Shown: piece by piece, positions 1 to 12,101 of the stretch
How positions within the stretch are numbered: position 1 is the first letter of the stretch
Layout of the letters: each line of letters opens with the position of its first letter
Origin: Trichinella spiralis
Lineage: Eukaryota
Direction of reading: 5' to 3'
DNA: 54,023 bases
Assembly: GCF_000181795.1 (NCBI RefSeq)
Contig: NW_003526941.1
Location: 1,522,624-1,576,646, forward strand
The notes under the pieces: generated by a model
The model's database searches: none
Told to the model about the DNA's origin: nothing
Seen by the model: only the letters and a program-made list of their open reading frames with translations
Program-made: the position numbers and the translations under genes

Positions 1-65
1 TTTATTTTGTCCTTTTTGCAATTTTCAAAAAGGACCTGTTTCTATTTTTGTCTAATTTTGTATAG

Positions 66-980
66 GTACAAAAATGAGCCGTTTGGCGAAACTGTGAAGC
101 GTGTAAAGTTGTACAGCGCTTCATTGGAGCGTTATGGAAAGAGTCCATATTTGTATCCACTCTATGGACTTGGCGAACTTCCGCAGGGTTTTGCAAGATT
201 GAGCGCCATTTATGGTGGTACATACATGTTGGATACACCAGTCGATGAAATTGTGATGGAAAATGGATGCGTCATTGGAGTCAGATGTGGAAATCAGACT
301 GTTCGTTGCCGTCAAGTCTACTGTGATCCATCATATGCGCCAAATTTAGTTAGACATGTCGGAAAAGTATTTGGAAATTTTTGTTTTAATCTTTTGTTTT
401 ATTTTTTTACATTTTTTGATTAGGTAATTCGTGCAATTTGTTTGCTTAATCATCCTATCCCCAACACGAACGATTCTAAATCTTGTCAGATCATTATTCC
501 ACAGAGGCAAGTCGGTCGTCAGCATGGTAATCCGGGATACATTTGAAAATTGCATCAATTTTATTCTTATCATCCTGCATTATAGACATTTATATATCCA
601 TGGTGTCATATACCAACATGGTGGCGGCAAAGGATTGGTATGTCGCTATTGTCAGCACAACCGTTGAAACAAACAGTCCTGAATCGGAACTACTTCCTGG
701 TTTGCAGCTTTTGGGTTCAATAACACAAAAGTGAGCACGTTTTTCTAGGTATTCATATGATTTGTCAAAAGCATACATTTTAAGATTTGTGTCGATTTCT
801 GATTTGATGGAACCAGTAAACGATGGGAGGACCAGCCAGGTTTTTATCAGCAAAAGTTATGATGCTACATCGCATTTTAAAACGACGTGCGACGACGTGA
901 TTGATATTTTCCAAAGAGGCACAGGTGAACCGTTCGACTTTTCCAAAATCAGCCATCTAACTCTTGAAGACACACAATAA
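66..980 (+). CDS. gdi-1: Rab GDP-dissociation inhibitor, 3' part (5' exons lie outside the window)
   Basis: Exons 66-366, 424-526, 586-730 and 785-980 with GT-AG introns. Contains [47 protein letters not shown] and SYDATSHF, all typical of Rab GDI. TAA at 978-980. Confidence 0.96.
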
Positions 981-1579
981 GAAAATTATTCTATTGCATG
1001 CATAAATACCTTTAAAAAATTCCATTCTTGTATTTGTCATTATTGTCTGTGGCTCGATGGTGCCAACATGGCTTTTCTGGATGATGAAATATGTATTTTT
1101 CTGAGCGTTTTTGTGAGTTTTGTTTCTTATGTCCTCTTATTTGTCATAATGGAATGATTTAAGTGATTGTCACATTCATTATTTTTACTAATGCACAAAG
1201 ATATATCATACAATTTTTTGAATATTTGTTTCACATTCCCATATGCTTAATTGCAGCTTTTGTTGTAACACTTTTCTGTCGTGGTTGGAGGCATCACATT
1301 TCATTCAAATTCCTTAACGTTCATTTCTTTTGCAGTACTCGCTTTTCATATCTATATCATACGTTTTAAAGATCAACAATTTTAGTAAAAATTTGAATAT
1401 ACTATCAAACCAGCATAGCGGTTTACTACTATTATCAAACCGGCTGAACTGAAAACGAATAAAATATTTCGCCAAACATTGATTATACTGAATAATTTGA
1501 AGTTCATCGAATTTTATAATTCAAGACAAAAATAGACAACCAATAATTAAACGAAAAAAATTTTTTAATGAATTCCCTT

Positions 1580-2968
1580 TTATTTTCTTTTTTTCGATTC
1601 CTCCGAGATATCACCTACAGCTTCTGCAGCCGAATTTTCAGACTCATCTTCGACATCACTATCATCATGTTGTACTAGATGATCTTCGTTATATGTGATC
1701 ATGTCATGCAATTCACCGGAAATCAGCGCCACCAATGTCGGTATTCCAACGCAGAGAGGTACTAAATACAACAGTGCAGGCTGCCCTGCTTTGAATACAT
1801 GCATTACCCATGTGGTGATAAAAAGACCAGCAGCATAAGCGAACACGGCCGAATAGAAATACCGTCGCTTTTGACGGGATTCGCCAAATCGAAGCAGCAA
1901 AGCGATAAATATCCCAGGAACAATAATGTCGCCCAAACCAAGAATTGCGAATTTAGTTCCTGCGTTAGAAAGTGGATCGCTAATTTGCAGAAGATTTCGT
2001 GGAAATTTCAACAACACCGGTGCATCAATATTACTCGCCACTGTTACCATAACTTCGGTACCGAAAACCCAAAATACATCGTAAACAAACAGTCCACATG
2101 AAAGGGCCACACCAGCTTTAAAGCTGCTCACATGCAGACTGCCGATGGCGGTGACGCTCAACGCTAAGCCGATCAAATTGTTCGTTATCCAGTGATTTTT
2201 CCAAAGATGACAAGCAATTATCGGAATACAGAGAAAAGAACCGTATATATCATATCGGTCGAACCAATAACTGCCCAGCTTTTTAGGTCTTTCGAAATCT
2301 TCAGTCTTGGAACTGACGACAACAACTTCGTAAAAAATGTTCTCTTTAAACTTGCCGAAACACTTCGGAGCGTGGATAATAAGTTTTTGAACAAATGGCT
2401 TTGCGAGTTCGGACATGCAAGTAATGGCAAGCAAACAAGTAATCCAACGTAAAATTGGTCTTATCGTATGCTTGCCAAACAAAGCCCAACCGGAAGCAGC
2501 GGTCGCGTTTGCCATAGTGGTATTCATCAAATCTGTACCAATTCGTTCACTAATGGTAGTTAATTTATTTATTGTCATGTTGTTCAGCTCAATAAGTTTG
2601 TCCACAAACATAACATCATTGTATGGCATGAGCGTCTCAATCGCATAATGAGCGCCTTTGATGGTATACATCGCCAAACGCATTAAGATCACATCATGTT
2701 TAAAAAACAAATATAAAACACACAGTGTGATACTAGACTGTACTGGGAATGACCGAAAATCTTTAATTGTAATGCTTTTGTCCATTTTTCTGTTCTTTTC
2801 AACATGGTGGCGAACTATTGCTGAAGACCGAAAACAACCAATTAACATACTTAGCAAAGCCATAAAATATAAAGCAAAGTAAGCAAATAATGCTTCATCT
2901 GCAATAATGCTGGATCCATCCAATTTTGGCGTACTTTCAGTGTTATCAGCTTGATTAACTTTATCCAT
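1580..2968 (-). CDS. imp-2: Signal peptide peptidase (HM13/IMP-2 family, GxGD intramembrane aspartyl protease), single coding exon
   Basis: Uninterrupted ORF with first ATG at 2968. Catalytic YD (LFVYDVFWVFGT) and LGLGD motifs, QPALLYLVP motif, and C-terminal KKRK (KKxx-type ER retrieval signal). Confidence 0.93.
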   Translation of the reverse strand: MDKVNQADNTESTPKLDGSSIIADEALFAYFALYFMALLSMLIGCFRSSAIVRHHVEKNRKMDKSITIKDFRSFPVQSSITLCVLYLFFKHDVILMRLAMYTIKGAHYAIETLMPYNDVMFVDKLIELNNMTINKLTTISERIGTDLMNTTMANATAASGWALFGKHTIRPILRWITCLLAITCMSELAKPFVQKLIIHAPKCFGKFKENIFYEVVVVSSKTEDFERPKKLGSYWFDRYDIYGSFLCIPIIACHLWKNHWITNNLIGLALSVTAIGSLHVSSFKAGVALSCGLFVYDVFWVFGTEVMVTVASNIDAPVLLKFPRNLLQISDPLSNAGTKFAILGLGDIIVPGIFIALLLRFGESRQKRRYFYSAVFAYAAGLFITTWVMHVFKAGQPALLYLVPLCVGIPTLVALISGELHDMITYNEDHLVQHDDSDVEDESENSAAEAVGDISEESKKRK

Positions 2969-3815
2969 AACCACACCACAATTTTCACTATTACGAACAC
3001 GTTAACTACAAATGTACAGTAACCTGATTCAATGTTTAGGTGACGTTGCTTAACCATTACTGTAGCAACAGAACAAATCAATGAGATTTTAATGCAGTTT
3101 GAAACTATCATAATCAAAATCAATTAATTACATGTTTTTTGTAAATTCTGATATTATTTGGGCAAGTTTATTATATTTAAGCTTTAATGTATAGCAATAA
3201 ACTGTGAGCAACAGAATAAGGAAGGTAGAACAATGCGGAAAAATTGGCATTACCGAAAAATAAGAATCATTTATTTTAAAAGAAAAAATTTGTTCAAATA
3301 GTATCAATGGCTTATGAACATATAAATTGATAAATATGGCAAATATTTTTGTATAATATGTTCAAATACAACAATGTGATCTTATTTATAAAAGCTTTTA
3401 ACTTTAAAGTTATTTCATTTTTATTATAAAAAATAAATTTTTAATTATATACATAGTGTTATTTTTGATGAATTATTTTCTTCTTAGGTTACAAAAAGAA
3501 AAATATACAAAAATTACACCTGATTTTTTTCTAGGGTTACAGTCATGGTAATTTCATTTAGGTAAGATTGTTCCTTTGTGTACTGTGGCATTGTTCATGT
3601 AGCATTTAGTTTTTATTTGCATTAATTGTTGCTTAATATTAATACATGATAACAGCACACTATTAAACAGAATTAAAATGCAATAGCATATGTTTGTATT
3701 TACCGTGATAAACGGTGTTACTTTGTATTTTTTATTTTCTGGTGTTGTTGAATTTGTAGAATTCAAGTAATGCTGCATTTTAGACAGTCTTGCAATATTA
3801 GTTGCATACGCTAAA
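2969..3815. promoter_or_regulatory. AT-rich divergent intergenic region, a likely bidirectional promoter for SPP (-) and Pinin (+)
   Basis: Head-to-head ATGs ~850 bp apart. TTTTAG acceptor-like site ending at 3783 just upstream of the Pinin ATG. Positional inference only. Confidence 0.4.
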
Positions 3816-6800
3816 ATGACCGAATCATTAGTATTGGAAGATTATGGTGCCGAAGTAGATGAAAGATTGAGCGAATTGACAGAGTCTTTGAAAAAAATTG
3901 ACGATGATTTTAAAAATTTGACTGGCCGCGCATTTCATCCACGGAGGTGAAACAGTTGCTTCTTTTTAACGGTACCGTCATTACTAAATCTTTAATTTTA
4001 GAGGTGGACGTGCCATACGTGGTCGTGGCAGCTTTACAAATGTGGGTCAGGCTCGGTGAGTTTGAATCAAGCAATCAATTATTATTTGATCTTATATAAA
4101 TTTACTTTAGATATTTCGAAAACGCAGCTACTAGAGATGACGATGAAATCTGGTTTGTATTTTGATAACAACGAAGAAATTTTAAGATTATTATTTGTTT
4201 TTTAAATTCTTTTTTAGGTCTTCTAGTCAGCAAGAAACTTCGACAGCTCGTAGGCGTTCTTTTGGCGACGAGAATAGGCAAAAACTGTTAGTTATACATA
4301 TTTATTTTGGTTGTGTAAAACTGATTTGTTTTTATTAAGGCAAGGAACCAGTAGTGGATTTCGACTTGAAAGGAAACGACCATTCGAAGAAAAGTAGGAT
4401 AAGGTGAGAATTATGACAAATAATTTTACAATTGTCTTTTCAGAAGCAGAGATTATGAAACATTACGGCGAGTTTCTACAAATCGCAGGTATGAATTGCA
4501 TAATTTTGACTTATTATAGGTGTTTAAAATAAAAATTTGAAATTGACATAAGGAATGAAAATATTAAATGTTTTTTTATATATTGTTAATTATGTTTTAG
4601 AATTTCAAAAGACATATTCGGTTCCAACGTAAATCAGGACAGGTACAGTTTTAATGCCTCAAGAATAAACAAATTTGATTGACTATTTGTGTTTATGTTT
4701 AGTGAATTTCAAGAAGGTGAATTCAAGTTACGCAAGAGGGGCTATTCGAATGACTGCTCAGAGTAATTGATTTTGTAATATAATTTTATATTAGTGAGAC
4801 ATGCAAATTTTTTTAGTGTCGAGCAGGACATTCTCACGAAAAGGTCATATACTGTAAAAGAAAAGTAACGAAAGTTTAATTTTTTTTTATGATTTTAACT
4901 CACATAATTTTACTGTTTAGCTTCCCAAGAGATCAAGAATATGGATTTCGTCGCAAAAACTGGCCAAAACGAACTGAACGAGGGTAGGAATATAATATAT
5001 TGATTTGAGCGTTTATATTTATTTAACATTTCAGTAATAATATTAATCAAAATGTTTAATACTGTAATATGAATTCTATGCAGTGCAAGATTTTAGTTTA
5101 AAGTAAAATGTCAATTTTATGGAAGCAAATTTATTATTATAAAAATGTTTGCTGAAATTGCGTAATATTTTAGCAGATTACTAGAGGGAAAGCGTAGTGA
5201 TATTGGTCGTTGGGAAAATGATAAATTTAGAGGAAGAAGGTAAGTTTTTAAAGTTTAGTAAATAAGTTTAAATTAATGATACAGTTTTTTTATTTACAGG
5301 CAAGAAGAGCTGGATTTGGACAAGTAATTTATTTGTACCAAGTAGTTATTCGTGTGCACTGATGTCATTTATGTATTTACTTATAGAAGAGATCAGGGAT
5401 ATAATAATGGAAAGAGAATTAGACGTTCTGAACTTAATCCAATAAAGTGAGTTGTTAATTGATTTTAAATTAAATGTGTGAGATTTTTGCACAGGAAATT
5501 ATAAATTTTTATCATGCAGCAGTTGTATGAATGATATGCTGATAAAAATGATGAAATTTGTGAAAAATTGACTTTTTTATGTTTAAGATTTCCCAAAGAC
5601 GAAGATGGCGGTTTGAAGAGCTGCTCTGTTCAAAATGAGGCAATGCTTACAGTAATCTGATTTAATGTTCTTAATAAATAAATAAATTTGTTTTAGGCAG
5701 CTGTTAGTTCCATTGTTAAAAAAGAACAGTCTCGTTTGAAATACATAAAAGAGAAGCAGAAAAATAAGAACGAAGCAGTGAAAGCGAGGTTAATAGATTT
5801 TCATTAATTTATTTTAAAATTATGTTTGCATTTTTTGTGTATTTTTAGAGAGAAAAGGATGTTCAGTCGACTTTTAAATACGTTGAAAACATTTGACATG
5901 GAACAAAAAAATAACACTAAAATTCAGGTATGAATCTGTGGTTTATTTTTGCTATTTTATGCAACTGGACAGTGAGCTAATTTTAGGAAGAAAAGCAGCG
6001 TGAAGTAGATGCAAAATTAGAAGAGCAGAATAAAGTGGAACATGAAAAACTACGTGCCGAAAAGCAGCAACTGTTTGAGAAAAGGCGACAACATGAAGCG
6101 GAAATAAGACAACTGAAATATGACAAGATTTTGCTATCGCAGGTAATATTTGTTTTTAATTTTGTGCATTATTAAGCTCGAAATATTTGATTTGGTAAAT
6201 GCAAACTATTTATATTAAAACTAAAGTTTAAGTAAAAATTAATATATGTGCTGTGAAGAACATGCATGATGGTGTAACTTTTAGATGAATCATAAAATAA
6301 CTCAGCTGAAAATAGTTCAGAAGTATATTCAAACGACAAATTCGCCATGTTTACTGTATTTGCCTGCAAAGCATACAATTCGCACTTTAGAATTGCAGAA
6401 AAAGACGAAAAGAAAATTTGATGGTAAACGATTGAAGAGCTGTTGTTGATGTGTATTTTTAATTAATAATCAATAGCAATTTTTTATTGTAGAAATGATC
6501 AAAAAAGAACAGGATCAGGTAAAAGAAAAGTTGAAATCTTTGAGAAGCAAGACGGGCCTGCATCAGTTTTCACCGGCGCTTCATGAAACAGAAGAAATGG
6601 AGGTTAAGCAGATTGCTGTTGAAGTTTCAGATTTTTCGCCTAAATGTGATTTCGAAGATGACGACCGGCATCCAGTGGAAGAACCACAGTCTGAAAATCA
6701 ACATTCCATTGAATTTATAGAATTGAGTGGATCTGATACACTTGTGAGTATTTTGTGCTTGTTCTTTTATCTTATAGTTGTCTGTATATTTTTTTTATAT

Positions 6801-7582
6801 TTGTTGTGTTTCAGGAAAATGCGATGAAATTAAAAACTTCAGACATTATTGAGTCAGATGCACCCGAAGATGTATGTAGAAAGGAAAACTGTTACTTTCA
6901 TTGTATTTTTTGAAGAATTTAATCTTTGTTTTAGGCAGCTTTTGGTATGCCTGTTGCCGATGCGGAAGCTGTAGACGGCGATGTTGATAACACTGATCGA
7001 AATGTAGATGCTAGCAGCGAAGATTCGGCAATTGAAGCCGACGATATGACAGAACTTCCTGACACCTTTGAGGTAAAAGGGAAATGTGATAAAGAAGAAG
7101 TATTGTTGCCATCGTCGGAAGCAAAGGAACACGTAATTGGGGAAAGTGTGGAAGTTGTTGGTGAGAGCAGTGGATTGGTTGGTAGGGAAATTTGTTTGGA
7201 TGAGGAGCAAAAAGTGGAGTATATTAAAAATGAAGAAGATGATGATGGTAAGAGTCGTGTAGGAGGTGTGAATGATCATAATGTGAAAGAAAAGGTTGAC
7301 AAGCATATTAAAAAAGTTGATCAGGCAGAATCAATTGACAAGTCAGAAATCTGCAAAACGGAAAAAGCTTTGGGTAATGAAAGTGGTACTGACAAAGAGG
7401 CAGAGCAAATTATTCCTTTGAATGAGGAAAGTTTTGAAAGTTATTCGAAAGAATGCTTAAAGAAAGAGAAGTCGGAGAGGACTGATCAAGAGGAATTTAG
7501 CTTTCCCGTTGAATGTGAACAGCAAAACGGCACTAATAACACTGAGCGAGTTGTGGAAGAGGTGTCCGAGGATATTTGGTAA
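3816..7582 (+). CDS. pnn-1: Pinin (PNN/SDK/memA; PSAP/EJC-associated splicing factor), ~22 exons
   Basis: N-terminus LTESLKKIDDDFKNLTGR resembles the Pinin N-terminal ESLKNVDENIRKLTGR. Core REKRMFSRLLNTLKTF, coiled coil EKQREVDAKLEEQ...LFEKRRQ, RSB-like KYIQTTNSPCLLYLPAKH. Exons: 3816-3946, 4002-4055, 4111-4152, 4218-4286, 4340-4393, 4444-4488, 4601-4642, 4703-4762, 4817-4864, 4921-4983, 5174-5239, 5300-5323, 5387-5446, 5588-5651, 5697-5788, 5849-5927, 5987-6142, (6177-6194?), 6285-6423, 6493-6743, 6815-6871, 6935-7582. Confidence 0.88.
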
Positions 7583-8121
7583 GCTTAGGCGTACGCGCTT
7601 TATTATTGGTTTTAATTAAACTATACTCGCCTGTTATTTTACGGTGCTTTCTATTTCTAAAGCGTTTTCATTTCACACTTTAGTACTGTAATTTTATGTT
7701 TAAAATTTTAGACGTGCTGAGAGCTAAAGAGCCAGGAGCGTGTTGATTGCAGAACGCAGCAGTCAGAGAGTTTGTTTTTCTTTCACACCACTATATTTGA
7801 TATTATTCAATATATATGTTTAGTGTATTTCCATGTCAGTGGTAAGTATGCCCCTCCCCAGACCCTGTTTAATTTCTTATATTTACTGACGCCCATTGAG
7901 CCCATTTAGATTGTAGTTTGTTTTCAGTAAAATTTATGAATGTAATTACTATTTGGGATGATATACGAATGAAATCGATTTTTTCAATCAGAAATAAACG
8001 TTTTATGAAAATCATACTTTTATTTTTTGAAACGAAGGTAAAATGTATATTGTAAAACGATTTTAATTTGATCGATAAATCACCGAATCTCATAGTGTGC
8101 GTTTTTGTTTGGCTGGTGCTT

Positions 8122-11100
8122 TTATTTAATTTTTCGAATATTTCGATCTTTTGTATTTAAAGAGAATGACTCCAGCACTTGAAAAGGTGCCTCCAAAGTC
8201 AGATTGACCACCAGAGCGAGCAAGAAAGAGAAAAGCAAATGACCGAGAAAGTAATGAGCCTGTAAAAGGGAAATTTATATTTTTATTTTTACAGCATAAT
8301 CGCATACCATTTGATAGTTGTTGTTGTAATGCAGTGGTTTGTTTTGCGATGCGTAATAGCATCTGATTAAAATTGGATGTACGAGATATGCACTGTAGGT
8401 GAGTCGACTTAGTGGAATCCAAATTTTCCAGGAGAGAAAGTCGTTTAATGGAGCTGAAAAAGAGGTTTGCATACAAATGGAAAGTCTATGTAATTTTGTT
8501 AAGATTCATTCGCCACCTGCGTATCCAGCTGTACAGGCGAATGTAATCCAGGCAAGAACTATTGCCCAAGCGATGCGTGCCAGGCCACCGTACATCAACT
8601 TGGCAGCGTAAGTAATTTCGAAAGATTTTGAATAATCATAAAGGCCGAAGAGTACCAGCAACGCTGTGCCAGTACAGGCTGTCCAACACAAGCCAACAGC
8701 TACCTGAAAATGATGTTTTTGAAATTTTTTCTTTCAGCAAAAATACTAATTTTCTTTTGAATTACTTTCGGCAATTTTTTAACTAGACGTATTTTATGCA
8801 GATAATAGCCGAAAAGCAAGCCTATTAGAAACGGTCCACACCTTGTGTATGGCTTTATGTAAACTTTATCCCAGTACACGTCTACAATGTCGAATCTGAA
8901 TTTTTTGGTATGTTAGGACTGTATTTTCAAAAGTGAATTCTTGCTTACTGTTTAGGGTTGACAGAAAATATAGCTATTGGAGGCCAGTCGGGATTTTGGT
9001 CAAGAATTACAATGTTGATCACACACGAGATGGCGATTATCAACGTAGTAATGATAATAGCAAGTTTTTCCCTTCTATAACGATGTGTTTGTTATGTTAT
9101 TCGTATTACTTACTCTGTAGAAGATATTCAGCAGATCAGTACTTACTTTAAATAAAGTACAAGTAGTGGTACGGAAAGAATGAAAAATTGCATGTCATTT
9201 GCCATGTACCAAGTCCAAGTCATACACTGAGAAAAGGAATGTCATATTAAAGTTGTTTCAGTGGGTGATAATTTCTTACTTCGTCATCGAGGTTTAGGAA
9301 GTTGTTCAAGTAGAGTGCATTGGTCCACCAAGATTTTGCGCAAGATTCACGATCGAAGCCTTCTGTATCCCACAGTGGGCCGCTTGAAACGTACTTGGTT
9401 AGCACAGCATGCAGAGCCAAAACGGCCATGTAAACTGGAGTCACTCTGGCAAAAGAATTCTCACAGAAATTGTTTGATTTTTTCTTCTTACAATATAATG
9501 CTTTTAATTCTACCTCAGATAGCGGTGAAAGAAAAACTGTGCCCAAAATAAAGGCGATCGAATTAAGGTTGAAGTTTTGCTCATCTTTTTCAAGCATATG
9601 TAAGACAGCAAGGTGCCACTACAATTTTAAAGCAACAACTGATTTTGCAGTTCACCCTGATACCTAACGTGTACAAATTACCCAATAAAGAAAAACGAAT
9701 CTACTGATAACGAAGCATTGAGCAGAACTTGATTGAATATGTTGTCCGGCAGTTTGTACGCTTCGATGACATTGTCTAGAAATGGAACCGCAAATATAAT
9801 TTTAAGGAATAATTGAAAAATATTTATCATCATTACTGATGTATGGAATTGCCCAGTAATAAGTATGGCCAAAGATTATCCAGCACATGCTGAGCACCCG
9901 AATACCATTCAAACATGTGATTTGACCTGCGCTAGTTTTCATACTGAATAACTTTTTTGCATTATTTCGCAATGAAAAAGCCAACAAAATTTTCACGAAA
10001 CCATCTGAAAGTGGAAATTTGTTAAATTTGATTTGCGAAACGTTTTGCCGCCTATTTTTTACGTTGCTTTTCCAAAGTGGGTTTGTCAGGAGCTTGTGAA
10101 TGCTAAAAGCAAGCATGTAAAATTGTTAATATTTAGGGAAACATTTGAAAATACCGCTCTGGTGACCAAGCACTGCGGTTCCGTTAAGTCTCTGGATTCG
10201 ATGACGCATGTAGCAGACGACGGTACCATTTTTTGTTGATTTTGGAAAACACAGATGTCATACAGTGTGCTGAAAACGATGAAAGCGAGCAGCGCAAGCA
10301 GAAGAATTCTGAAAATGAAATTAATAACACCTTGCATGGGAATTCAAAGAGAAAACATAAAGATATTATTTAATATTAATTTTTCACTGGCTTACATTGC
10401 TACCACTGCTTCAGGATCTTTGCTGATCACGTACTCTCGTTCGTGGCAGTTAACAGAAAATTTACAAGCAATACCTTGCAAAGTATTATTGACTGTAAAA
10501 TGATCATTTTCAGAAATTGCAAACATGGAAAAAGTAAAAGCATACATCATGGAATAACATACTTTTGTGTCCAAGAATGGTTGCATCTTCACGCGTGCAT
10601 GATGATGGTAGACAGGCTCCAAAACGAACAGCAGGTAAGTTGTCATTGCATTTCTGAAAAAAAAATTCGCGTTTACAAGGAGAAAATTTTATAGATTATT
10701 TTAAAATTGATAAGATGCGAAACCCTCACTCCACTAAAATTAGTGAATTTTGGTTCCAAACTAATCAATTCTTCGTGAAATTTCACCTCATACAGGCAGT
10801 ATTTCCCTTCCCAACGTAATCTAGATGCAGTTAGATTATCATATGCTTTTCGAAATGAAAAACAGAAAGAAAAGTACTCTTGTTGTGTTGATGGTACGGA
10901 TATTGCAATGCATTCTTCGTAGTTTCCTAGCATCCAATAGTTTCCGTGCAAAATTCCGGTTGGAATTTTCCCAAAAGAGTCAATAACTGAAAATCAAAAA
11001 TGAATGATTAAACAGTTTACATAAAGTTGAAATGTTGAAACGGAATTTTTTGAATCGTCCGTTAGAGAAAGAAGTGATCGCCTGTCATTTAAAGTTTAAC

Positions 11101-12101
11101 ATTCTTTATTGTAGTTAGATTAGAATTTGATTTGTTATTTATTATCAGAAGAATTCTTATGGCACCACTTTTGTTGAAAATGAAACGTCATAAAATGTTA
11201 AATGAAAATAAATTATTAGTTTATTTCTTGGAAGCATTGTTTATTATTGTACAGAGAATATCAGCTGGAGTATGAAAACGTAGATGACAATTCTGACAAT
11301 AATTTATAAGAGCACTTTTAGTGCATGTTTTTTTTTTAATATCTGTGTTAGATTATTTCAAAAGCTCAGCTTGCTATGTGCAACAGAATTCTCTTTCCAG
11401 TTTTTTCAATAGCTGTTGTAACTTGGTGAGTGTGAAATTGCATTTTAGCAGTGGTATTTATTTGATGAATTAATTTCAAATTATTCATAATGGTAATTTA
11501 TCAAAATTGACAAATTGCAATTTCCCTAAACAAATGTCATTTGTTAATTAAGCATATGTCAATTATGTACCAAAGTGTTTTTTAAGTTTTATGAAATGAT
11601 TGTTGAATGTATTTTATCGTGCAGTACTGTTGGTTGAAACAGGAGGGAATTTTTTTTGAAATTAACAATTAATTTGAATTAGCTATAAAAATGAATAAGA
11701 GTACCTTTCAAAGTCCAGTCTATAGGGTCGGTAGGTTTAGGATGCTGATGGAAGCTGTTCGTTTCGAAAACTTTTTTCAAGCTGGTCACCAAGAAAATCA
11801 AATCACTCAAACACTGAGCCGACAGGAACCTCTGATCATTGTCGATCGATGTCAACTGGTCGAACAGTTGAAATTGATCCGCAATTATTTTTGTCAGATT
11901 TTTCGTTGGCGTTTGCTGGAATGTTTCCATCAGCTTTTCCTTGTTCAACAGTGACGCTAGTTCCTTGAGTTTGGTGAACAACAGCCCAAGCGTGGGAACG
12001 GCAATGGTCTCTTCATCCGGCGCTGCTAGACAACCGTGGAACCACGAGGTGAGCAAAAGCAACAAACAGCACCAACAACCGAAGCATTGTCGAGCCGGCA
12101 T
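8122..12101 (-). CDS. NRF-6 (nose resistant to fluoxetine)-like protein: signal peptide + NRF domain + acyltransferase-3 multi-TM domain, multi-exon
   Basis: Signal peptide MPARQCFGCWCCLLLLLTSWFHGCLA. NRF motif DSFGKIPTGILHGNYWMLGNYEEC. Acyltransferase motifs CLNGIRVLSMCWIIFGH, SVDSFFFI, HRYLRVTP, WWTNALYLNNF, WTWYMANDMQF, YIKPYTRCGP, PLSRLTYSAYLVHP. Last exon ends ...EAPFQVLESFSLNTKDRNIRKIK* (TAA 8124-8122). Exact paralog identity is unclear. Confidence 0.92.
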
